From Chlamydiales bacterium (GTDB lineage Bacteria; Chlamydiota; Chlamydiia; Chlamydiales; SM23-39): 64,000 nucleotides of DNA. The DNA lies in assembly GCA_030681135.1 (NCBI GenBank), contig JAUXXF010000033.1, positions 8,176 to 72,175 on the forward strand, read 5' to 3'. The notes beneath the pieces were generated by a model. The model was not told the origin of the DNA. It did no database searches and worked only from the letters and a program-made list of their open reading frames with translations. The stretch's first letter is position 1, and every line of letters starts with the position of its first letter. Position numbers and translations under genes: made by a program. Positions 17,521-27,683 of the stretch are shown one piece after another.

Positions 17521-20500
17521 CTAAAACAGATCTTCGTCGATCTCTTCTTTTTCCCCGCGGAACCGTTTGGCAGCAGGAGCCTCTGAAATATCAGGATTAA
17601 ATAGAGGACGTTTGCTAGGCAGTTCTTTTACATTCAGATACTTTAAGGCCTCTAGAGCCTTCACAGCGCCATAATCAGTCAAACCAGCAGGCATCTCTGG
17701 TTCATCCAGATCGAAGATAATACACTTTTGCAGCATGCTCTCTCTTGCAACACCTTCCCACTCAGGAGGAAGAACTCCCTCATTCTCTAATAGCTCAATG
17801 AATTTGTTATAAAGAACCATGTTTTCTTGAAAAGCGCTTGCCTTTTGCAATTTTTCAATGACCAGTTTTGGAGTGAAAAATTTAAAAAAAGATTTCTGAA
17901 ACTTATCAGCGCTCAGTCTAAAAATATTGTCATGAAGTACTTCAGAATGTTGATCAAAAAAAAGATCGCCATATCTTAGCCCGACGACTCGAGCCCATTT
18001 TGCTTTAAGATAAAGCGTCTGGTGAGATAGTTCTCCTACTTTCTTAGAGTTCGCTAAATCGAAAATAAACGAGGAAGATTCAAATAGCTCTTCTAATGCA
18101 GTTTGGACTGACTCATCAACGAGCTGAGAAAATTCTGCATGAGAGTCTTGATAAAGACCTTGAACCTTATTTTCTCCTTGAAACAGAATATTAAAAACCC
18201 GACTCAGAGCGTCAGCTTGACCTGTTGGGCAAGAAACTAAAAGTGCGGCAAATTTAATCAAGATTTGTTCTTGTTCGCTTAAAAGATCTGTTTGTGAAAT
18301 CTCTGAAGAGGAGCTAAAAATTTTCTCAGCTATGAGCGCAAATTGCAAAAGATTTTCAGGCACTTCAGCATCAGAAGGCCCTACAATCAACTCCTCATAG
18401 AGTCCTATACACTTCTTAAACAAAGTGCTACCTAAAAAGTATTCCTCCATCACCTTTAAGCTGGAATGATTGGACAAAATTGTAATGTGCGCCTTCGCAA
18501 CCTCTTTTTCTTTTGGCTCTAGGGAGTCAATACGTAATCCTATTTTTTCGAAAAGCTCAGAGAAACGGCCTTCAGACAATCCTTTGGGTAAAGAGCGAGC
18601 AGTCCATTTTCGCGCCAGTCCTTTCTCTTGAAGGGTGCCTTGATCCCAAGTGAGTTCAAGAGGATCTTTTTTCCCAATGACATAAGAAGGAACATTCGGG
18701 AATCGAGCAACTGGGTTTAGCCTATTTATTAAAAGCTCACTATAAATATGATAGGGGTTCTTTGGTGAGTTGCGAGGAACTGAAAGAGTGTACTGACTTC
18801 TTTTCACCGCAACTCTAAGAGGATGGTTATTTGGCAAATCGAAATCATTGGCTAGCTCGAGAGCTAAGTGAGTAGCTGTCAAAGCCAAACGGATGTGAGG
18901 CTCCTGGCAAACTGAAGAAAGATGCTCAAAAAGCATGGCTCCAAATAGGGGGGTTTTCTTTGCATGATTGTTGACAGTTTTTACAGAAAACTTTTGAACA
19001 GATCGAACCGTTTTAAAAAAATCAAGCCACTCTTTAAGAGGCATTAAAGGGATGTTTTCAAAGAACAAAGTTACTTGAGATGTAAAACCTTCTTCCTCTG
19101 CTTTTAACAATTGTACTTGGAGCTCCGATAAAATAGCTTCAGGATCTCCCTTAATGGCAGAAATTGCATGAAAGAGAAATAAACGAGAATTTGGAGGTAG
19201 ATTTATCTTAAAAGGCCTTAGAAACTCAACAAATCTGTAGAGAAATTCCATCCGCTCCGATTCTGCTTTCTTATAAAGAAGATCGAAAAATCCCATAAAA
19301 GTCACAGAAGAATTATTATCCTGAAACAAATCGAGAAAAACTTGAAGAGTAGATAGTTCAGGTTTTGCAATCGACATCGGAAAAAGTTTTGTCATTTTCT
19401 CGAGGTTGGTGGAATATGCGCTAATTAAATTGGCTAAGCTAGTCTTAGGTTCAAAATTTTCTTTCGTGATTCGTTCTTTGATAGTGTGTAAGACTTTTAA
19501 ACCAATACCAGGCTTGATTTTTCTAATTTCCTTCACAAACGAACAAAAATTCTCGCAAGGTTTTTCCTTGAATAAGGTGGCAAACAAGCTAATGAGTTCG
19601 AGATTTCTCTTCAGATGATTTGAAGGCAATTGAACGACTATAGCAAGAATAAAGCAACGCGCCTTAAACAAATCAGTTTTGTAATTTGGGAAAAATTTAC
19701 CAAGTCTATCAATCTCTTGATAAAAAGCTTCTTCAACAAGATCGATTTCTAAAATCTGATTTGATTCTCTTTTGAAAAAAGGATATAAGCAATTTAAAAG
19801 TTCTTTAGCAATATTGTATTCATCAACTCCGTCCACAAGGACATGACCCAGTTTTAATGTTAGTGAGGTTAACTCTCTAACTCTCGAAGAATCGCAATAG
19901 GTAAACAGATCTTCAAAAAAGCTATCAAAAAGGTGATAAATCGCTGTCTTCTGAGCCTGATCTTCATAAAAGCGAGAAATCAAAGAGCCCAATACTCGAT
20001 CGATTTGCTTTTCGTCTTCAGAGTCACCGAATGTTTGCCTCATCCGACAAAATTGCACAAAAAATGACGTCAGTTTTTTGTAATGATCAGGTATGTCTAC
20101 TTTCTGCTTTGGAACTGGATCAAAAGAAAATAAAAATTGACCATAAGTCTCGATCGTAGTTTTTAGTGATTCTGGACAAAAAGTAGGCAAAGTCTCTTTT
20201 AAAGATTCGAGAACACGGAAAAGAGGCTCAACTTGGGGAGAAACTTCAAAATCATCGGACCACATCGGAAAAGGATAAACTCCTGTGATATCGAGTAACC
20301 ATAAGAGCAACTTCTGTCTCTCTTGAGGAGTTTCGACTTGATCAACAACAGCGAAAATATCTTTTATTACAGACTCCGCATATTTTGTTTTTGTAAAAAG
20401 AGCTGTCATCTTTTGTTTTATTTGTTGATAAAATAAAGGATCTTTCTGCAAGGATTTTAAAAAATACATAGGATTCTTACGAGGTAATAGGTCGACTACT

Positions 20501-21183
20501 CTTTGCGCTTTGCTCTCATAAAAATTTAATTCTAAGCTATTGATATTCGGCATTTCAGGATCCAATATATCAAAAAAGCGAATCATTCCTTCAAATTGAT
20601 CCATGGAGTCCCAACAAGATAATCCAAATGAACGAAAGTAAGAGTCGGTTAATGTGAAAAGGAAAAAGCGATGATCGAAAGAGATAAGGTCCAACGCGTC
20701 CTCGAATTCATCAAAGAGCTGAGTTAAGCGAGTGGTGAGATCAGAATCATTACGTCTTTTTAACGGATGAAACAGCGTATAAGCGATCAGCGCTAAAAAA
20801 GCAGAAGTTCCAGCTGGCGGATGTTTAAAAAACCTTCCGACACCAGTCATTAAACGGCTCGAACTTTTTAGCTCTTCACATAAGGTGAGCCATGCACCCT
20901 TTTCCATAATAGAGTTTCTGATAAGACCTTCAACCTCTTCGGAAGTTATTCCATGATATTCGACGAATTTGTAAAAAAACGCATCAAGAGCAGGCCATTC
21001 CGTGTTTCTTTCAAAACGAAGCTGTTCTAATACTTTACTAGCCAAATTTTTAGCGGAAGTTCTTAAATGATGAGTTTCCCTAGAATGACTAGAAGCTGGT
21101 TTAGAAAGATCAGACGAATTTTCATTAAAAAACACATCTTGTTGAGAACCTAAATTTTGAAAAGGAGAAATTCGAAATGACAT
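17521..21183 (-). CDS. Large hypothetical protein (1220 aa), predicted all-alpha, no recognised domain
   Basis: Long uninterrupted ORF with no motif I recognise. The C-terminus is ...SKRPLFNPDISEAPAAKRFRGEKEEIDEDLF. A very AT-rich region lies upstream (21184-21376). Confidence 0.7.
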   Translation of the reverse strand: MSFRISPFQNLGSQQDVFFNENSSDLSKPASSHSRETHHLRTSAKNLASKVLEQLRFERNTEWPALDAFFYKFVEYHGITSEEVEGLIRNSIMEKGAWLTLCEELKSSSRLMTGVGRFFKHPPAGTSAFLALIAYTLFHPLKRRNDSDLTTRLTQLFDEFEDALDLISFDHRFFLFTLTDSYFRSFGLSCWDSMDQFEGMIRFFDILDPEMPNINSLELNFYESKAQRVVDLLPRKNPMYFLKSLQKDPLFYQQIKQKMTALFTKTKYAESVIKDIFAVVDQVETPQERQKLLLWLLDITGVYPFPMWSDDFEVSPQVEPLFRVLESLKETLPTFCPESLKTTIETYGQFLFSFDPVPKQKVDIPDHYKKLTSFFVQFCRMRQTFGDSEDEKQIDRVLGSLISRFYEDQAQKTAIYHLFDSFFEDLFTYCDSSRVRELTSLTLKLGHVLVDGVDEYNIAKELLNCLYPFFKRESNQILEIDLVEEAFYQEIDRLGKFFPNYKTDLFKARCFILAIVVQLPSNHLKRNLELISLFATLFKEKPCENFCSFVKEIRKIKPGIGLKVLHTIKERITKENFEPKTSLANLISAYSTNLEKMTKLFPMSIAKPELSTLQVFLDLFQDNNSSVTFMGFFDLLYKKAESERMEFLYRFVEFLRPFKINLPPNSRLFLFHAISAIKGDPEAILSELQVQLLKAEEEGFTSQVTLFFENIPLMPLKEWLDFFKTVRSVQKFSVKTVNNHAKKTPLFGAMLFEHLSSVCQEPHIRLALTATHLALELANDFDLPNNHPLRVAVKRSQYTLSVPRNSPKNPYHIYSELLINRLNPVARFPNVPSYVIGKKDPLELTWDQGTLQEKGLARKWTARSLPKGLSEGRFSELFEKIGLRIDSLEPKEKEVAKAHITILSNHSSLKVMEEYFLGSTLFKKCIGLYEELIVGPSDAEVPENLLQFALIAEKIFSSSSEISQTDLLSEQEQILIKFAALLVSCPTGQADALSRVFNILFQGENKVQGLYQDSHAEFSQLVDESVQTALEELFESSSFIFDLANSKKVGELSHQTLYLKAKWARVVGLRYGDLFFDQHSEVLHDNIFRLSADKFQKSFFKFFTPKLVIEKLQKASAFQENMVLYNKFIELLENEGVLPPEWEGVARESMLQKCIIFDLDEPEMPAGLTDYGAVKALEALKYLNVKELPSKRPLFNPDISEAPAAKRFRGEKEEIDEDLF

Positions 21184-21376
21184 AAAAAAATTCCATTAAT
21201 AATTAATACATAAAATATAAATAACAATCTATAAAAAATCAATATTTAAAAATTAACAATAACACAAACAATTGATTTTACTAAAAAACCACAAACGAAC
21301 AACCTGAAAGGAGGAATTTTCTTCAGGTTGTATTAAATTCTTGTTTTGAACTACGCTTTTTCTAACGGATCATTTT

Positions 21377-23002
21377 ATGAATAGCCGCATGGCCTGGTGG
21401 GTCATCGATCAACTTGTACAGCAAGGAGTGCGCCATATCTGCCTGGCTCCAGGTTCCCGCTCTACACCTCTTGCTCTTGCAGCAGCTCACCACAAAGCAG
21501 CCAAACTCCATATCCATTACGATGAAAGAGGTCTCGGCTTTTATGCGCTTGGGCTAAGTCTTGCAACCGGAGTCCCCGCAGCTGTCATTGTCACTTCAGG
21601 CACTGCTGTGGGCAATTTACTCCCCTCGGTCATGGAAAGCTTCCATAGCCACACGCCGCTTATCTTGCTCACTGCAGATAGACCCCCTGATTTACTCTAC
21701 GCAGGAGCTAATCAAACTTGTGACCAACTCAATCTCTTTGGCCATTTTGTAAGAGGCCAAATCCATTTACCTACTGCTGAGAGTCACGTGACAGAAAACT
21801 ACGTCCGCTCGAGCATTGCTCATGGCGTATGTCTTGCAACAGAAGCTCCAGGGGCTGTCCATATCAATTGGCATATCCGCGAGCCTCTTTTCACTCCCCC
21901 TTTCCCCCATTTACCAGAAGGCAATCCCATTAAGCTGGTTCATTCAGAAGCTACGCCTAAAATCTCTACAAAACTATCGGGGCGAGGAGTGATTGCTATA
22001 GGAAAGCTCCCTTCTACAACTGATCTACAGCCGATTTTGACGCTCGCAAAAAAGCTCTGCTGGCCCATCTTTGCAGATCTCCTCTCACAAGCCCGCTTGA
22101 CACCTACAGAAGAACAAATCCTCCATTTTGACTCGATCTTAAAAGAGGGGTCAATACCTGCTGAGACCATTCTTCATTTCGGAGACCGGCTCACAGCAAA
22201 AACATTTCTCAGCTACAGTCCTCAGGCCAGACGAATCCACGTCAGCCCTTGGACAGACCTTCAAGATCCAACCCGCCTACTTACCGAAAGAGTGATCGGG
22301 GCTCCTAGTGCTTTTTGCAGATCCGCTGAGATTTCACCCGCCCCGATAGACTGGCTTGCTAGCTGGAAGGAAAAAGATCGAAAGATCCAAAGCCATATCA
22401 AAGCTTCTTTGGAAGACACTTCTTCTTGCACAGAACCTCATAGCTTCTATGCTCTAGCTCAATGTTTTCATGAAAACGATTCTCTCTACTTAGGCAGCGG
22501 TATGCCCATCCGAGATGCAGATTACTTTTTCTTTCCTTCTTCTATGAAAGGGCGCGTTTTTTCTAACCGCGGACTATCTGGCATCGATGGCAATATCGCT
22601 ACCGCAGCCGGCCTCTCAGAAGGACTACAAAGTCCACTTATGGCCTGGGTTGGGGATCAGGCAGCTTTGCACGATTTAAACTCTCTTCCCATGCTCAGCA
22701 GCTCTAAATATCCCATTTTGCTGATCATCTCCAATAATTTTGGCGGCGGCATTTTTTCTCATCTTCCCGAGATACCATCCACTCCCCACTTCGAAACACT
22801 TTTCGCCAATGCCCACTCCTGGAACTTTGCTCAAGCGGCGCAGCAATTCCATCTCCCCTACTACAAAGCAACCTCTGTCGAAGAACTGATTCGATTGTAT
22901 AAGACAAATACACATGGCTCTAGCGTGATCGAGCTCATCACATCAAGAGAACTCAATTATGCATGCCATCGAGCGCTACGAGAAACCCTGATGGTTTTTT
23001 AG
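21377..23002 (+). CDS. menD: SEPHCHC synthase MenD (2-succinyl-5-enolpyruvyl-6-hydroxy-3-cyclohexene-1-carboxylate synthase)
   Basis: 541 aa with the ThDP-enzyme N-terminus WVIDQLVQQGVRHICLAPGSRSTPLALA typical of MenD and a C-terminal ThDP-binding region GDQAALHDLNSL...NNFGGGIF. Confidence 0.88.
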   Translation: MNSRMAWWVIDQLVQQGVRHICLAPGSRSTPLALAAAHHKAAKLHIHYDERGLGFYALGLSLATGVPAAVIVTSGTAVGNLLPSVMESFHSHTPLILLTADRPPDLLYAGANQTCDQLNLFGHFVRGQIHLPTAESHVTENYVRSSIAHGVCLATEAPGAVHINWHIREPLFTPPFPHLPEGNPIKLVHSEATPKISTKLSGRGVIAIGKLPSTTDLQPILTLAKKLCWPIFADLLSQARLTPTEEQILHFDSILKEGSIPAETILHFGDRLTAKTFLSYSPQARRIHVSPWTDLQDPTRLLTERVIGAPSAFCRSAEISPAPIDWLASWKEKDRKIQSHIKASLEDTSSCTEPHSFYALAQCFHENDSLYLGSGMPIRDADYFFFPSSMKGRVFSNRGLSGIDGNIATAAGLSEGLQSPLMAWVGDQAALHDLNSLPMLSSSKYPILLIISNNFGGGIFSHLPEIPSTPHFETLFANAHSWNFAQAAQQFHLPYYKATSVEELIRLYKTNTHGSSVIELITSRELNYACHRALRETLMVF

Positions 23003-23029
23003 CTGGTTTAGAAAAGAAGATTTTGTATG

Positions 23030-23197
23030 TCACAATTTCCATTTGCGTTTAATTTCTTCCCAGGGAATAACACCGTTTTTCTTTGTATCCGCTAAAGCCT
23101 CGTGCGCATCTTCAAGATCTATTTTAGCTTCAGCTGATTTGACCTGCTCATGAAGGAAACCTTCCTCCAATGCTTTAAATGTAATTCGAAAAATCAT
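23030..23197 (-). CDS. Small hypothetical ORF (55 aa), below the ORF-track cutoff
   Basis: ATG at 23197, TGA at 23030-23032. The translation is MIFRITFKALEEGFLHEQVKSAEAKIDLEDAHEALADTKKNGVIPWEEIKRKWKL. The C-terminal half resembles tails of small antitoxin-type proteins, but no partner gene is present. Confidence 0.3.
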   Translation of the reverse strand: MIFRITFKALEEGFLHEQVKSAEAKIDLEDAHEALADTKKNGVIPWEEIKRKWKL

Positions 23198-23251
23198 ATT
23201 TACCTGGGAAAAGGTACCGGAAACTACTTAAAAAAACAAACTTTATCACCA

Positions 23252-24163
23252 TCACAGCAAGAACACTACGAGACAACCTACAGTGTAAAGAGCCAGCAAT
23301 CTCGCCGAAGCCGGCAATAAAGGAATTAGCTCCTGAGGAGATGCTGCCGTAAACGCTCTTTTCAAAGCAGGAAACGCCGCAGGAAGAATCAAAGCAAGAA
23401 AAGCCCAAGAAATGGGCGCTCTATGACTCAAAGCGAGCCAAAGAGGAAATAGACCTGCAAAAAGAATGCTAGCTGCATATTCCCACTGACCAAATGTTCT
23501 ACCGAAGCGGACGACAAGAGTTCGTTTTTGAGCAGCTCGATCAGATATCTCATCACGCAAGTTATTAGCGATCAAAATAGAACAAGCAAGTAAGCCTGGA
23601 GGTAAAGAAGAATACACCACTAAAGCATTCATCTGGAGGGTCAATACATAATACGAGCCTAGCACCGCTACGGGCCCGTAAAATACCAACACCAGAAGCT
23701 CTCCTAATCCCAGATAACCCAAAGGGCGCTTCCCTCCCGTATACCAAATTGCAAAAAGAATAGAAAAAACCACAACGCAAACTCCCCAAAATCCTCCTCG
23801 GAATAGTAAAGGCAAGCTGATCAATGCAGCCAAAGTAAAAACTACTGAAATCCCTTTTCTTAAAGCAGGTAAAGTCAGCCAACCAGATTGAGCTGCTCTT
23901 GCAGGTCCTATCCGCTGAGAAGTATCAGCGCCTTTCAGATAATCAAAATAGTCATTCGCAAAATTGGCTCCTATCTGAATACATACAGAAAAACAGAGAC
24001 AGAGAAAAAAAAGATCCCAGCGTAAAGCTTGCACCTGAACTGCAGCAATGACTACAGGGCTTATAGAGGCAATTAACGTTTTTGGCCGCGCAGCCAACAC
24101 CCAAGATTTAAGGGCGCTTGGGGAACCGTGCATAATCGGGTTTTCGTTTTTCATTAAATGCAT
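23252..24163 (-). CDS. menA: 1,4-dihydroxy-2-naphthoate polyprenyltransferase MenA
   Basis: 303 aa, polytopic UbiA-family protein with [10 protein letters not shown] and [14 protein letters not shown] motifs. The start is uncertain (Met1/4/11); it overlaps the menB 3' end. Confidence 0.88.
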   Translation of the reverse strand: MHLMKNENPIMHGSPSALKSWVLAARPKTLIASISPVVIAAVQVQALRWDLFFLCLCFSVCIQIGANFANDYFDYLKGADTSQRIGPARAAQSGWLTLPALRKGISVVFTLAALISLPLLFRGGFWGVCVVVFSILFAIWYTGGKRPLGYLGLGELLVLVFYGPVAVLGSYYVLTLQMNALVVYSSLPPGLLACSILIANNLRDEISDRAAQKRTLVVRFGRTFGQWEYAASILFAGLFPLWLALSHRAPISWAFLALILPAAFPALKRAFTAASPQELIPLLPASARLLALYTVGCLVVFLL

Positions 24164-24926
24164 TTCTCCCTTCTTGTCCTTCTTCCGTCATATAAAAAAG
24201 CATCGTTGCATTCCCTGCAAGTTCTTGCAAGCCCGCTTGGCCATCGCAATCGGCATTCAAACCCGCCTTCATACATCGAAGAGCCATTGGCGAATGGGCA
24301 AGAATTTCACGGCACCATTGCACAGTTGTCTCTTCAAGTAGCTCATAAGGTACCACACAATTGACGAGTCCCATATCAAGCGCCTGCTGAGCATCATATT
24401 GGCGGCATAAAAACCAGATTTCGCGCGCTTTTTTTTGCCCTACAATTCGCGCCAGAAAACTCGCTCCATAGCCTCCATCAAACGACCCCACTTTAGGTCC
24501 AGTCTGTCCAAACTTTGCATTCTCTGCAGCAATGGTTAGATCACATAAGACATGAAGCACATGACCTCCTCCGATAGCATAACCTGCTACCATCGCAATC
24601 ACAGGTTTAGGACATGTCCGAATCTGTCTTTGAAAATCGAGGACATTGAGACGATGAACGCCTTGTCCATCCACATAGCCAGCATCCCCTCGAATTTTCT
24701 GATCTCCCCCTGAACAAAACGCCTCTTTGCCAGCGCCTGTTAAAATGATGCAACCAATTTCTTGATCATGGCGAGCGTCATCCAAAGCATGGCTCATCTC
24801 ATCCACTGTCAACGGGCGGAATGCATTACGCCTTTCAGGACGATTGATCGTGATCTTCGCAATCCCTTCCATCTTGTGATAGAGAATATCTGTGTACTGC
24901 CCTACTTGGTTCCACGGAAATGTCAT
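24108..24926 (-). CDS. menB: 1,4-dihydroxy-2-naphthoyl-CoA synthase MenB
   Basis: Crotonase fold with the MenB-typical sequence [34 protein letters not shown]...[11 protein letters not shown]...GGGHVLH. The likely start is MTFPWNQ at 24926 rather than the track start 24980. Confidence 0.92.
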   Translation of the reverse strand: MTFPWNQVGQYTDILYHKMEGIAKITINRPERRNAFRPLTVDEMSHALDDARHDQEIGCIILTGAGKEAFCSGGDQKIRGDAGYVDGQGVHRLNVLDFQRQIRTCPKPVIAMVAGYAIGGGHVLHVLCDLTIAAENAKFGQTGPKVGSFDGGYGASFLARIVGQKKAREIWFLCRQYDAQQALDMGLVNCVVPYELLEETTVQWCREILAHSPMALRCMKAGLNADCDGQAGLQELAGNATMLFYMTEEGQEGRNAFNEKRKPDYARFPKRP

Positions 24927-25061
24927 AAAACACCTTAGTTGATGCATCAGGATCGTATCAAAAGCAAAAAAGAATAGCAAATGGGGCTCCGCCCTTATGG
25001 AATCCTATGTTTGTTAAAAGAAAAAAATGCACAATAAAAAAAACTTATAAATAAGGCACGC

Positions 25062-26264
25062 ATGTCATCGCGCACAACATTTTTATCTTGGACCATTTGG
25101 ATTGTTGCATCGATTTTTTACGCCTACCAATATATTCTTCGCGTCATGCCAAATATTATGTTAAACGACATCATGAGCCAGTTCCACATAGATGCAGCTA
25201 CCTTTGGTCAATTTGCCGGCATCTATTATATTGGCTATTCTGCCATGCATTTACCAATAGGCATTTTACTTGACCGCCACGGCCCTCGAACGATTATGAG
25301 CGCTTGCATTTTACTTACCGTACTCGGCTTGACTCCCCTTCTTTTCAGCGATCACTGGATATGGCTTCTTCTAGGAAGAGGACTCATCGGAATCGGATCA
25401 TCGGCAGCTATTTTAGGGATTTTCAAAGTCATTCGGATGACATTCAAAGAAAGCAAATTTCCTCGCATGCTCAGCTTATCTGTCACCATCGGTTTGCTAG
25501 GCGCCATTTATGGAGGAGAGCCAGTCAACTATTTACAATCCAGATTTGGGTACGAAACAGTTATTTATTCATTTGCCGCTACGGGGATCATTTTAGCCCT
25601 AGCTACTTATCTTCTTATTCCGCATGAAAAAACCCCTTCGCAAACCACGATTCGAGGCGATATAAAAGAAGTGCTTTGTCATCGCAAAGTCCTCTACACT
25701 TGTCTCTTCGCTGGCTTTATGATCGGTCCTTTAGAGGGATTTGCAGATGTTTGGGGGACTTCATTCTTAGAACAAGTTTATGGTCTGCAGCAGCCACTTT
25801 CCGCCAGCCTCCCTTCTTTGATTTTTGTAGGGATGTGTTTTGGCGCTCCTATTTTGAATGCCATTGCTGAGAAAATAAAAGACTATTCGCTGACCATTAT
25901 TGGGTCTGCTGTCGTCATGGCCGCCAGTTTTTTCCTTCTCCTCTTCTATCATCTATCAAGTTCTTTTCTCAGCGTCAGCTTTGTTCTTATAGGAATCTCT
26001 TCTGCTTATCAGATCTTAGCTATTTATCAAGCTTCCACTTATGTGCGCCCTCAAATAGCAGGGCTTGCAACGGCTACCGTGAATATGATCATGATGACTT
26101 TCGGCTATGCTTTTCATACGACGATAGGAACGGTTGTAAGCAACCTAGGCGGTCCCTCCTCTTCTTTAGCGCTCTGGTATGGGGTAAGCGTTATTCCTAT
26201 AGCCCTTTGCATAGGAGGCATTGGATTTGTTTTTTTGCGCTTCTATCGAAAGAGGTCTATTTAA
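25062..26264 (+). CDS. MFS transporter
   Basis: 400 aa with about 12 hydrophobic helices and an MFS loop motif GILLDRHGPR between TM2 and TM3. Confidence 0.8.
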   Translation: MSSRTTFLSWTIWIVASIFYAYQYILRVMPNIMLNDIMSQFHIDAATFGQFAGIYYIGYSAMHLPIGILLDRHGPRTIMSACILLTVLGLTPLLFSDHWIWLLLGRGLIGIGSSAAILGIFKVIRMTFKESKFPRMLSLSVTIGLLGAIYGGEPVNYLQSRFGYETVIYSFAATGIILALATYLLIPHEKTPSQTTIRGDIKEVLCHRKVLYTCLFAGFMIGPLEGFADVWGTSFLEQVYGLQQPLSASLPSLIFVGMCFGAPILNAIAEKIKDYSLTIIGSAVVMAASFFLLLFYHLSSSFLSVSFVLIGISSAYQILAIYQASTYVRPQIAGLATATVNMIMMTFGYAFHTTIGTVVSNLGGPSSSLALWYGVSVIPIALCIGGIGFVFLRFYRKRSI

Positions 26265-27117
26265 TTCGGCTCATAGCCCATTGATGCAAAATGGTTCTTA
26301 TCCGCTGAATCTCCTCTTCAGGAGCCTCTTGCAAATCCTTGGAAAAAACTACTCCACCCACATCGAATTGAATCGCCTCATCTCCTAAAAACCCAAAATT
26401 CTTCTCAAGAGTGAAGGTTTTTCGGAGATCCGTAAATCCCTTTTTAGCCCTTAAGACAAAAAAGTCCTCGAGGGCTTGGAGCACCTTTTGTTTTTCCTCT
26501 GTACTCGCAGCTTTTTCGAGCTTTTTTTCCACAAGGATCGCTTTATGCTGCAAAATAAACGAGGCTCTATCTAACTCAACCAAATGTTTTTCTCCTATTT
26601 GGTCAAAAACAACAATCCTCGGCAATAGCTGGACAGTCGGCGTCAAATGAAGAGCGATCGTTCCTGTGTTGTTTTGCATCGATTGAAAAACAGCAGCATA
26701 ATTGTCCATGGAGCGAAGTAGAGTTTGTCTACGAGCTTGTTTGCGAAGCAATTTTTTCTCTTGATGCCAAGGAAATAACCAATGAATCACATTGGGTATG
26801 GAAAAACGTTTTTTCCCCTGCATTTTTTTCTGCAAGAAAAATTTCAACACGAAACGCTCATCTTGGCTGACAAACGCAACGGTTTCATCACCTCGATCTA
26901 AGTAAAAAAATGGCTGCTGAAATATAGAAGAAAGATCCGGCAAGGGAAATTTAGGAAAACGATCTTCCTCCATATCAAGAGCGATTTTCTCCAGGCTAAA
27001 TCTCTCTGGATATCGCACGCGAAAAAATGCCGAGATCTCTTGAGAGAAAAAGACTCCAAGAGAGCAAAGAATGCTAACAAAAATTACCCCAATCCAATAG
27101 CGACGCATAGCACGCAA
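26257..27117 (-). CDS. Hypothetical signal/anchor protein, paralog of 48839-49696
   Basis: 286 aa with the N-terminal hydrophobic helix YWIGVIFVSILCSLGVFF. It is colinear with the 285-aa ORF at 48839-49696 (shared LPDLS.I.QQPFF.L.RG.ET.AF.SQD..FV.KFF, IGEKHL.ELDR.SF.LQHKA, EKNFGFLGDE.IQFDVG). Confidence 0.7.
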   Translation of the reverse strand: MRAMRRYWIGVIFVSILCSLGVFFSQEISAFFRVRYPERFSLEKIALDMEEDRFPKFPLPDLSSIFQQPFFYLDRGDETVAFVSQDERFVLKFFLQKKMQGKKRFSIPNVIHWLFPWHQEKKLLRKQARRQTLLRSMDNYAAVFQSMQNNTGTIALHLTPTVQLLPRIVVFDQIGEKHLVELDRASFILQHKAILVEKKLEKAASTEEKQKVLQALEDFFVLRAKKGFTDLRKTFTLEKNFGFLGDEAIQFDVGGVVFSKDLQEAPEEEIQRIRTILHQWAMSRIK

Positions 27118-27141
27118 TGTCTCCTCAGGAAATCTAGCAGA

Positions 27142-27552
27142 TTATTCTATTTCATTTAGCTTTTCAAAAGGCACATTTAATACCGTACTTAACTCCTCGG
27201 AGATTTTTTTTGCATCCGCCTTGCTTGTAGTACATTGAGCTCGATTCTCTAAAAGACCTTGAGTTTGCGCTACGATTCGAGTTCGAGCTAGTTTTGACTC
27301 CATTGCAAGCAACCCTATACTTCCCCCGCTAACGGTTATCTTATTAAGATTACTTAAGTCAGCCCCTGCTTTTCCTACAATTTTAGAAAAGTTTCCTAAA
27401 CACTGCGGAGCTTGGGCTTGAACTTTCCGAAATTGATCTCCCAGTGTCTCATGAATGCGTTTTGCTCCATCAGTCAAAACCAATGTCTTAAGATCGTCTG
27501 AAGTAACTAAAGAAATAGGAGAAATAGGATCTGCAGCGTTAGTCACTTTCAT
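27142..27552 (-). CDS. Hypothetical protein (last gene of coiled-coil island)
   Basis: 136-aa ORF on the same strand as the island. No recognised motif. Confidence 0.55.
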   Translation of the reverse strand: MKVTNAADPISPISLVTSDDLKTLVLTDGAKRIHETLGDQFRKVQAQAPQCLGNFSKIVGKAGADLSNLNKITVSGGSIGLLAMESKLARTRIVAQTQGLLENRAQCTTSKADAKKISEELSTVLNVPFEKLNEIE

Positions 27553-27683
27553 GAAATGAACTCCTCAAAAAATGTAAAATTCGAAAAATATTCTTACAAA
27601 AAACACTTAAATAGGCAAGCGCTTCAATTTAAATCATTAGACATCTATGCGCAAAAAGCCTCGTAGACAAAAAAAATTCTCTA

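Noticed and set aside
21300-21330. 9-bp-stem hairpin (caacctgaa / ttcaggttg) with AGGAGGA in its loop, upstream of menD.
   Set aside because: No start codon lies at a suitable distance from the SD-like loop. No upstream same-strand gene needs a terminator. I could not tie it to a known riboswitch or leader, so it is left unassigned.
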